Shown one piece after another: positions 1 to 7,201 of a stretch of DNA of 64,000 nucleotides (positions within the stretch are counted from its first letter, which is position 1; each line of letters begins with the position of its first letter). The notes below the pieces were generated by a model. It saw only the letters and a program-made list of their open reading frames with translations. It was not told where the DNA came from and did not search any database. Source of the stretch: Candidatus Gastranaerophilales bacterium (GTDB lineage: Bacteria > Cyanobacteriota > Vampirovibrionia > Gastranaerophilales > Gastranaerophilaceae); the NCBI GenBank assembly GCA_944323535.1, contig CALUSW010000001.1, positions 7,300-71,299 on the forward strand, in the 5' to 3' direction. Both the position numbers and the translations under genes were made by a program.

Positions 1-351
1 ACTGATTTCGAAATTTTTTAGGATAAATAAAGTAACGATTTTAAATAATATATACAGAATTCCGTATTCAAGAGCAGTATTTGAATGCTCGCCTATTTTA
101 TAAAGTATATTTCAGAAACTTTTTGTAAAGACATATTACAAAAATACTTCAAATTTGAATTTTTACTTTACTTTTCTTAATAAAAGTATTGAAAAATAAT
201 TTTATAAATGATATATTAAATATATACAATAGATATATTTAATTTCAAAACTGTTTTTATTCTCGGTTGTTCCTTTCCATAGAGCTATAATCTCTGCTGT
301 TTTTTAATGCGGAAAAATTTGTGTGTATATAAGTTTAATCAGGAGTATATT

Positions 352-1248
352 ATGGTTGTTAATTGTATTTCAAATTATGAATCTGAAAATATTTTAAACG
401 GAGCATTTTTCACAGATACAAATCTGGCAAAATATATAAAGGAAATTTCAAAATTTAAAAATTTGACGCCCGAAGAAGAACAGGAACTTGCAAAAAAAGT
501 GAAAGAAGGTTCATTTGAAGCGAAACAAAGATTAACAGAGGCTAATTTAAAGCTAGTTGTAACAATTGCAAGAAAGGTTATACATACAAGCAAGCTTCCT
601 ATGATTGATTTAATTCAGGAAGGAAATATAGGTTTAATGGTAGCTGTAGATAAATTTAACTGGAAATTCGGCTACAGATTTTCGACTTATGCTTCGTGGT
701 GGATAAAACAGGCAATGTTTAAAGCAATTTCCGAACAGTCACACAGCGTAAAAATTCCTGTGTATATACAAGAAACTCTGTCAAAATATTCAAAAATAAA
801 GTCAGAAATGGAGAAACAGGGTAAAACAGATGTAAAAAAAGAAGAAATTGCAGCAAAAATGAATATAAGCAGTGATAAAATTGAAAATTTTCTGAATGCA
901 TATAAGAAAACATTATCACTTGAAGGTGATTATCAAATAAATAACGGATCCGAAGTAAGACTTGCCGATATAATTGAAGATAAACACAGCAGTGTTCAGA
1001 GTAAAATTGAATATGAAGCAATGAAAAGGGATATTGAAAAATTAATAGTAAATAATCTTAAAGAAAGAGAACAAAAAGTAATAACATTAAGATTCGGTTT
1101 AAATGAAGGACAAAAGCAGACTCTTGAAGAAATAGGAAAATTATACGGTGTTACAAAAGAATGTATAAGACAGACAGAAATAAGAGCATTAAATAAGCTA
1201 AAAAACAATACTTCTTGTTTTACTCTTTTTGAAAATTATATTTACTAA
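352..1248 (+). CDS. RNA polymerase sigma-70 family factor (RpoD/SigA-like, short N-terminus)
   Basis: ORF 307..1248. Region 2 (LIQEGNIGLMVAVDKF, YASWWIKQA), the VKIPVYI segment and the region 4 HTH (TLEEIGKLYGVTKECIRQTEIRAL) are visible. Start moved to ATG 352 because AGGAG lies 6 nt upstream. Confidence 0.9.
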   Translation: MVVNCISNYESENILNGAFFTDTNLAKYIKEISKFKNLTPEEEQELAKKVKEGSFEAKQRLTEANLKLVVTIARKVIHTSKLPMIDLIQEGNIGLMVAVDKFNWKFGYRFSTYASWWIKQAMFKAISEQSHSVKIPVYIQETLSKYSKIKSEMEKQGKTDVKKEEIAAKMNISSDKIENFLNAYKKTLSLEGDYQINNGSEVRLADIIEDKHSSVQSKIEYEAMKRDIEKLIVNNLKEREQKVITLRFGLNEGQKQTLEEIGKLYGVTKECIRQTEIRALNKLKNNTSCFTLFENYIY

Positions 1249-1251
1249 CAT

Positions 1252-1280
1252 AATCCCCCTTATCAGGGGATTTTGCTTTA
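1252..1280 (+). terminator. Intrinsic terminator after the sigma factor gene
   Basis: Hairpin AATCCCC (1252-1258) / GGGGATT (1266-1272) followed by a T-rich tract. Confidence 0.6.
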
Positions 1281-1411
1281 TTTCTGCATTTAAAAGATAG
1301 GTCTATGTAAGCTGATAAAGATTTCATAACGTTCAAATCTTTACATAAAAGGGAAAAAGCTGTATAATAACTAATGTAATTTTAATGCATTTTAGTGAGG
1401 GTTGAAGAGAC

Positions 1412-2467
1412 ATGACAGAACAAATATGTACAGATGCTGAATTTGAAGCGTTACTTAATAACTATGATTATAGTTTTCAAAAAGGTGATTTGGTCAAAGG
1501 TATAGTTTGTTCTTATGATTCAACCGGAGTTATAGTTGATATAGGGGCAAAAACGGCGGCGTATGTACCTATAAAAGAGGCTGTAGTAGATAAAGACATC
1601 CCTGTGGAAGAGACCCTAAAAAAGAATCATGAATATGAGTTTCTTATAATAAGAGAAGAAGATGAAGACGGAAGATTTATGCTTTCGTATAAAAAAGTTG
1701 CAATGGCATATAACTGGCGAGAATTGGAACAGTTAAAAGCAGAAGATGCGACTGTTGAAGGGGTTATTGTTTCTTCCGTTAAAGGCGGGGTTCTTGTTGA
1801 AGTAAAAGGCGTAAGAGGTTTTGTTCCTTCAAGTCATTTAAAACTAAAATCAACAGAAGATGTTGTAGGAGAAAAACTTGAATTAAAGATTCTTACAATG
1901 GATATACAACAGGGCAACTTTATCCTGTCAAACAGAAAAGTATACTCTGAAGATAAAGAAGAATCTAAAAAAGATTTATTTGATACAATTGAAATAGGTC
2001 AGATTGTAAAAGGTGAAGTTGTAAGGATTACCGATTTTGGTGCGTTTATAGATATCGGCGGTCTGGATGCTCTGTTGCCTCTTTCTCAGATATCCTGGAG
2101 ATGGGTGGATCATCCTTCTGATATTCTAAAAGTCGGCGATGTCGTTAATGTTGAAGTTATTGTAATAGACAAAGATAAGCAGCGAATAAGTTTAAGCTTG
2201 AAAAATCTGGAAAAAGATCCATGGCTTGAAGCTAAAGATAAAATAAAAGACGGGGATAAAATCGAAGGAACAGTTACCAGAATTAAGCATTTTGGAGCTT
2301 TTGTCGAAGTATTTCCCGGTGTTGAAGCTCTGCTTCCGAATAATGAACTTATTGAATATCAAAATCAAAATAATGTCATTTTAAAAGTCGGAGATAAAAT
2401 TCAAACCACCATTATAAAATTTAATCCTGATGACAGAAGAATAAGTTTAAGTATTAAAAATGATTAA
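1412..2467 (+). CDS. rpsA: 30S ribosomal protein S1 (four S1 domains, short cyanobacterial-like form)
   Basis: Repeated S1 OB-fold signatures: GDLVKGIV, VEGVIVSSVKGGVLVEV, GQIVKGEVVRITDFGAFIDI, GDKIEGTVTRIKHFGAFVEV. Confidence 0.9.
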   Translation: MTEQICTDAEFEALLNNYDYSFQKGDLVKGIVCSYDSTGVIVDIGAKTAAYVPIKEAVVDKDIPVEETLKKNHEYEFLIIREEDEDGRFMLSYKKVAMAYNWRELEQLKAEDATVEGVIVSSVKGGVLVEVKGVRGFVPSSHLKLKSTEDVVGEKLELKILTMDIQQGNFILSNRKVYSEDKEESKKDLFDTIEIGQIVKGEVVRITDFGAFIDIGGLDALLPLSQISWRWVDHPSDILKVGDVVNVEVIVIDKDKQRISLSLKNLEKDPWLEAKDKIKDGDKIEGTVTRIKHFGAFVEVFPGVEALLPNNELIEYQNQNNVILKVGDKIQTTIIKFNPDDRRISLSIKND

Positions 2468-2987
2468 AAAAAAGAAAATTATAGTCTTTTCCGGAAAACA
2501 ATTTTCCGGAAAAGATACTGTTGCTAAAATTTTATTGGGAAAGCTAAAAGATTTTAAAAGAATCGGAATTGCCGATGCAATAAAATCGGAGTATTCAGCA
2601 AGAACCGGATTAAGTATTGAAGAAATTGAAAAAAACAAATCAAAATACAGACAGGATTTAATAGATTTGGGAAATTACGGAAGAAATATAAATCCTGATT
2701 ATTGGCTCAATTCTATAATTTCATATCCGGGAAATGTAATTGTAACCGATGTAAGAGTCAAACATGAACTTGATTTATTTAAAAAAAACGGAGCTTTTAC
2801 CGTAAGAGTTGAAGCAAGTGAGGAACAGCGCGCAAAAAGAGGACTTATAACGTCCTCAAATGATAATACGGAAACTGATCTGGATAATATAAAAGATTGG
2901 GATTATATAATTTATAATAACGGTACATATGAAGAGCTTGAAAAAAATACGGAAGAATTGTATACGGTTTTAAAGGAAAGATTATAA
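2460..2987 (+). CDS. P-loop kinase resembling animal-type phosphomevalonate kinase / dNMP kinase family
   Basis: N-terminal IIVFSGKQFSGKDT P-loop variant. Collinear resemblance to my memory of human PMVK: VTDVRVKHELDLF vs VSDTRRVSDIQWF, VRVEASEEQRAKRG vs VRVVALEQSRQQRG, DLDNIKDWDYIIYNNG vs GLDNFGDFDWVIENHG. The start overlaps the rpsA stop by 8 nt (ATGATTAA). Confidence 0.6.
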   Translation: MIKKKKIIVFSGKQFSGKDTVAKILLGKLKDFKRIGIADAIKSEYSARTGLSIEEIEKNKSKYRQDLIDLGNYGRNINPDYWLNSIISYPGNVIVTDVRVKHELDLFKKNGAFTVRVEASEEQRAKRGLITSSNDNTETDLDNIKDWDYIIYNNGTYEELEKNTEELYTVLKERL

Positions 2988-2990
2988 AAA

Positions 2991-3022
2991 AAGAAAAGCT
3001 TATTTGCTTTTCTTTTTATTTT
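2991..3022. terminator. Bidirectional intrinsic terminator
   Basis: AAGAAAAGC (2991-2999) / GCTTTTCTT (3006-3014) hairpin, with an A-run before it and a T-run after it, between convergent ORFs. Confidence 0.6.
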
Positions 3023-3127
3023 TTAATTGGCATTTTCAGGTTGAGTTTCTTTTTTATTTTTATTTACGAATTTTGCAATTCCTAAGCCAATACCAACCAT
3101 TGCACCTAAAATTAAAAGTTTATTCAT
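3023..3127 (-). CDS. Small hydrophobic protein (34 aa), not in the ORF track
   Basis: Minus-strand ATG at 3127 with GGGAG 7-8 nt upstream. Translation MNKLLILGAMVGIGLGIAKFVNKNKKETQPENAN is one TM helix plus a basic tail. The stop abuts the bidirectional terminator. Confidence 0.35.
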   Translation of the reverse strand: MNKLLILGAMVGIGLGIAKFVNKNKKETQPENAN

Positions 3128-3238
3128 ATATGTTTCACTCCCGTTTTCTTGAACATGTATATATTAGTTAATATAAATAAATTTTACATTGGATTAAAAC
3201 TATAGAATAAGACTATTTCAGAAAATATATAAATTTTG

Positions 3239-4162
3239 TCAGTTTTTAAACATTGAACTTGATAAATACCGCATGCCGGTATCGGGTAAAATTACCACAA
3301 TTAATTTATTCTTATTTTCTTCTCTTTTAGAAAGCTCGAGTGCTGCCCAAAGTGCGGCACCTGATGATATTCCGGCGAATATTCCTTCTTTTTTTGTAAG
3401 TTCAAGCGCTGTCTTTATTGCATCTTCATCTGTTACGGGAATTACTTCATCTACTACCGAATTGTCATAATTTCCCGGAATAAAATTTGCACCTATACCC
3501 TGAATCTGGTGAGCTCCGGAATAACCTTTTGTAATAACGGGAGATGAAGCAGGTTCTACCGCTATTGCTTTTATACCCGGGTTTTTTTCTTTCAGTTTTT
3601 TTGCAATGCCTGATATTGTTCCTCCCGTTCCGACACCTGCTACTATAATATCGATTTTCCCGTCTGTATCTGACCAGATTTCTTCTGATGTTATATCATA
3701 GTGTATTTGTTTATTGGCAGGATTATTAAATTGCTGCGGAATGAACGAATTTTTTATTTCATTATTCAGTTCCTGCGCTTTATCAACAGCCCCCTGCATT
3801 CCTTTTGAACCTTCGGTTAATACAAGCTCCGCTCCGTATGCTTTTAAAATATCGCGTCTTTCTTTGCTCATGGTTTCAGGCATGGTGAGTATTAATTTAT
3901 ACCCCTTAATTAATGCGGCAAGAGCAAGCCCTATTCCCGTATTTCCGCTGGTAGGCTCAATAATTACACTCTCTTTAGGTTTTATTAATCCTTTTTTTTC
4001 GGCATCCTCAATCATTGCAAGTGCGGTTCTGTCTTTTATTGAACCTGCAGGATTGAAATATTCGACTTTTACCAATATATCGGCATATCCGTTATTCATT
4101 TTATTTATCTTTACTAAAGGAGTATTTCCTATAAGTTCAAGTATATTTTCATATATTTTCAT
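3239..4162 (-). CDS. cysK: Cysteine synthase (O-acetylserine sulfhydrylase, CysK/CysM family)
   Basis: IGNTPLV, FNPAGSIKDR (PLP lysine motif), AGVGTGGTISG loop. Start moved to ATG 4162: GGAG lies 6 nt upstream and 10 nt after the upstream gene's stop. Confidence 0.9.
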   Translation of the reverse strand: MKIYENILELIGNTPLVKINKMNNGYADILVKVEYFNPAGSIKDRTALAMIEDAEKKGLIKPKESVIIEPTSGNTGIGLALAALIKGYKLILTMPETMSKERRDILKAYGAELVLTEGSKGMQGAVDKAQELNNEIKNSFIPQQFNNPANKQIHYDITSEEIWSDTDGKIDIIVAGVGTGGTISGIAKKLKEKNPGIKAIAVEPASSPVITKGYSGAHQIQGIGANFIPGNYDNSVVDEVIPVTDEDAIKTALELTKKEGIFAGISSGAALWAALELSKREENKNKLIVVILPDTGMRYLSSSMFKN

Positions 4163-4172
4163 ACATTTCTCC

Positions 4173-4880
4173 TTAACCGCATACGGGGCAGTTTTTATTT
4201 CTTTCAAAAGTTATTTTTCTAAATTCTGTTTTTAAAGCATTAAAAGTAAGAATTTGATTTGTTAATACATCACCTTGTCCGATTATTAATTTTAATACTT
4301 CCATAGATTGCAAAGATGCAATCGTCGAAACTACAGGGCTTACAATTCCTTGATTAATATTTTCATTTTCGTCGGCTTCAGGCAATAAACACCTTAAACA
4401 TGCAGTTTTATGCGGAATTACAGTAACAACTTGTCCGCAGAAACCGGATACACCGCCATGTACAAGAACTTTATTTGTTTGTATTGCAATATAATTCAAT
4501 AAAAACTTGGATTTATAACTGTCAAAACAATCTATAATAATATCAAATTCTTCTGAGATTTTTTTGTAATTATTTTTATCAAGATTAATATTAAAGAATT
4601 TGACTGAAATATCCGGATTGTAAGATTTTACCCATTCAAATGCCGATTTGGATTTTGATTTTCCGATGTTTTCAGGAAGGTGAATATATTGTCTGTTAAA
4701 ATTTGACGGTTCTATAATATCTTTATCAATTATTCCAAGAGTACCGATACCTAAAGAAGCAAGATTAACTATAACAGTAGAACCAAGTCCGCCGGCGCCG
4801 GCAACAAGCACTTTCGCCTTTGAAATTTTTTTCTGTGCTTCAAGTCCGAGAAGCTGTATATTTCTTTCATATCTGTTCAT
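4173..4880 (-). CDS. ThiF/MoeB/HesA-type E1-like adenylyltransferase (no rhodanese domain)
   Basis: VLVAGAGGLGS nucleotide loop, NFNRQ, paired zinc motifs CLRC and CPVC, 235 aa. Confidence 0.85.
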   Translation of the reverse strand: MNRYERNIQLLGLEAQKKISKAKVLVAGAGGLGSTVIVNLASLGIGTLGIIDKDIIEPSNFNRQYIHLPENIGKSKSKSAFEWVKSYNPDISVKFFNINLDKNNYKKISEEFDIIIDCFDSYKSKFLLNYIAIQTNKVLVHGGVSGFCGQVVTVIPHKTACLRCLLPEADENENINQGIVSPVVSTIASLQSMEVLKLIIGQGDVLTNQILTFNALKTEFRKITFERNKNCPVCG

Positions 4881-5791
4881 TAGTTTTCTGTAAGTATCTT
4901 ATTTAATTTTTTAACTGTTTTTATATCTTCTTTAGGACTTTTACCTGTAGTTGTCAAATAATTACCGGTTAAAATTCCTTCAATGCAGGTTTTAAGTGCA
5001 AGTTCCTGATTTTCATCGGATAAACGCATTCTTCCGCCGCAAAATCTTAAGATTGATTTGGGATTTGCAATTTTAAACACCGCAAGTGTCCTTAAGATAT
5101 TTTCTTCATCAATTTTATTATGATAATTTTCAAACGGAGTTTTAGCTATAGGCATAAGTATATTTATCGGGACAGAATCGGGTTCGATACTTTTTAATTC
5201 TAAAGCCATTTCTATTCTCTGTTCTACGGTTTCTCCCATTCCTAAAATCACCCCGCAGCATAGCTCCATACCATATTTTTTTACCAGTTTGCAAGTATTT
5301 AAACGATCCTGCCAATTATGGGTTGTACAGATATCTTTATAATAAGATTCAGCCGTATTTATATTATGATGAAATCTTTTTAAACCGTGTTTTGCTAAAA
5401 GTTTTGCCTGCTCTTCGTTTAAAATTCCGATAGAAGCGCAGCTTCGCAATCCTTCGATTTTATTTAATTCATCAATTAATTCAAGAATTTTATCAAAATT
5501 TTCTTCATCCGGAGATTTACCGGAGGTAACAACGGCAAATCTTATTACACCGTTTTCTTTTGCTTCAATAGCGGCTTTGACGGCTTCTTCTTTAGAGATA
5601 AGAGGATATTCCTTAATATCTGTTCTGTAATGAGAACTTTGTGCGCAGTATTTGCAGTTTTGGGAACATTTTCCGCTTCTTGCGTTAACAAGGGAGCAGA
5701 ATTCAATCTTATCCGAAACGAAGCCTGCTGAATAACTCAATAGTTCATCAAACGGCATACTATAGAGTTTTAATAATTGTTCTTTATTCAT
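4880..5791 (-). CDS. bioB: Biotin synthase (radical SAM), variant auxiliary-cluster ligand pattern
   Basis: CSQNCKYCAQSS radical-SAM motif, FHHNINTAESYY (cf. YNHNLDTS), LCCGVILGMGET, DSVPINIL. Confidence 0.85.
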   Translation of the reverse strand: MNKEQLLKLYSMPFDELLSYSAGFVSDKIEFCSLVNARSGKCSQNCKYCAQSSHYRTDIKEYPLISKEEAVKAAIEAKENGVIRFAVVTSGKSPDEENFDKILELIDELNKIEGLRSCASIGILNEEQAKLLAKHGLKRFHHNINTAESYYKDICTTHNWQDRLNTCKLVKKYGMELCCGVILGMGETVEQRIEMALELKSIEPDSVPINILMPIAKTPFENYHNKIDEENILRTLAVFKIANPKSILRFCGGRMRLSDENQELALKTCIEGILTGNYLTTTGKSPKEDIKTVKKLNKILTEN

Positions 5792-6891
5792 AGCACCTCA
5801 TCTATTATGCCTCCTCCCAGTACGGTATCTCCGTCATAAAATACGGCAGACTGCCCTTTTGCAATCGGATTTTGAAGTTCTGAGAAAATAACTTCAATTC
5901 TGCCGTCTTTCAGAGGATTAATTACAGCGTCTTTCGGCTCCTGCGCCGAGCGTATTTTTACACTGCAGTTTAGAGGCTTTTCTAAACTGTCAATTGCACT
6001 TAATATAATATTACTGGCAATAAGTCCTTTGTTTAATGCTTCTTCTTTATATGCCACAACGACTTCATTTGTTTCTTTTCTCAGTTCAATAACATATAAC
6101 GGGGCTGCGGCTGCAACTCCAATACCTTTTCTCTGACCTATCGTAAAGTTCCAAAAACCTTGATGTGTTCCTAAAACTTTTCCTTGCTTATTAACTATAT
6201 TTCCTTGTTTAGGTTCTGCGCAAAGTATGTCGTTATAATCTCCGTTATAAAAATCCTGACTGTCGGGTTTATCCGCAACTTCAAGATTATATTTTCTTGC
6301 AATTTCTCTTATTTGCTCTTTTGTATATTCTCCAAGAGGCATTATGGTTTTACCCAACTGTTCCTGCGTTAATCCGTAGAGGAAATATGACTGGTCTTTT
6401 TTGGTGTTAATTCCTTTCTTTAAAAGATATCTTCCGTTTTCATGAACAATTTTTGCATAATGACCGGTTGCAAATTTGTCAAATTCAATACCATGTTGTT
6501 TTGCAAGAAGCGGAAATACATTAAATTTTATAAAACGATTGCAATGTACACAGGGATTTGGCGTTCGTCCCTGCATATATTCTTCTTTAAAATAATTTAT
6601 AACACTTTTTTCATACTCTTTTGAACAATCAATTATATGAAAATCTATACCTAATTTTTCCGCAACTTTTTGGGCATGTTCAATTTCTTTTGTTTTATCT
6701 GGGGTTAAACAAGCGCAATGTGTTGTATCTTTTTGATTGTTGTTTCTGATTTTATCTTTAAGATTTTGAAAAACCGGACCATCGCCCCACAAAGACATAA
6801 TGGCGCCTGTAACATCATATCCCTTTTGTTTTAAAAGAAGTGCTGCAACAGAAGAATCAACTCCGCCGGACATTCCAACCAATACTCTCAT
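5788..6891 (-). CDS. mnmA: tRNA 2-thiouridine(34) synthase MnmA-like, variant cysteine pattern
   Basis: PP-loop GMSGGVDSS, GRTPNPCVHCNRFIKF, ATGHY, KDQSYFLY, GQRKGIG, C-terminal GQSAVFYDG...LGGGII. Confidence 0.85.
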   Translation of the reverse strand: MRVLVGMSGGVDSSVAALLLKQKGYDVTGAIMSLWGDGPVFQNLKDKIRNNNQKDTTHCACLTPDKTKEIEHAQKVAEKLGIDFHIIDCSKEYEKSVINYFKEEYMQGRTPNPCVHCNRFIKFNVFPLLAKQHGIEFDKFATGHYAKIVHENGRYLLKKGINTKKDQSYFLYGLTQEQLGKTIMPLGEYTKEQIREIARKYNLEVADKPDSQDFYNGDYNDILCAEPKQGNIVNKQGKVLGTHQGFWNFTIGQRKGIGVAAAAPLYVIELRKETNEVVVAYKEEALNKGLIASNIILSAIDSLEKPLNCSVKIRSAQEPKDAVINPLKDGRIEVIFSELQNPIAKGQSAVFYDGDTVLGGGIIDEVL

Positions 6892-7092
6892 TTATCCGCC
6901 GCCTACAAACTTGACTATCTCTATTTTATCACCTTCATGAAGTATCGTACTTTCATATTCGGATTTAGGTATAATTTTTAGATTTCTCTCAACTGCAAAC
7001 ATTGTTGTGTTAATATTTTGCATTTTAACAACATCCAATACAGTAGTATTTTCATCAGTCTGTAAATTTTTTCCGTTGACAATTATTTCCAT
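6892..7092 (-). CDS. thiS: ThiS/MoaD-family ubiquitin-like sulfur carrier protein
   Basis: 66 aa ending in ...EIVKFVGGG, a free Gly-Gly C-terminus. It abuts the mnmA start with 0 nt spacing. Confidence 0.8.
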   Translation of the reverse strand: MEIIVNGKNLQTDENTTVLDVVKMQNINTTMFAVERNLKIIPKSEYESTILHEGDKIEIVKFVGGG

Positions 7093-7201
7093 ACTTTTAT
7101 TATATATCTAAATATTCTAAAACAAAGCGGTCTTAAAAAATTGAAAATATTTTCAAAAATGATTGTTTAACATATAATAAAGTTCAAAAGAAAGGTGAAA
7201 T

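Noticed and set aside
1-306. AT-rich inverted repeats (for example around 215-245) upstream of the sigma factor gene as an operator or RNA
   Set aside because: These are short A/T-only palindromes with no repeat copies elsewhere in the window, indistinguishable from background in this composition.
4880-5791. The radical SAM gene as HydE, given that HydF is in the window
   Set aside because: It carries BioB signatures (CSQNCKYCAQSS, FHHNINTAESYY, GMGET, SVPINIL) rather than a HydE-type motif context, and it is 50 kb from hydF.
7093-7201. Possible TPP riboswitch ahead of the thiS operon, or a leader ahead of hisA
   Set aside because: The spacer is only 109 nt, is shared by divergent promoters, and has no CTGAGA/ACCTGA-type TPP core or any convincing structure.
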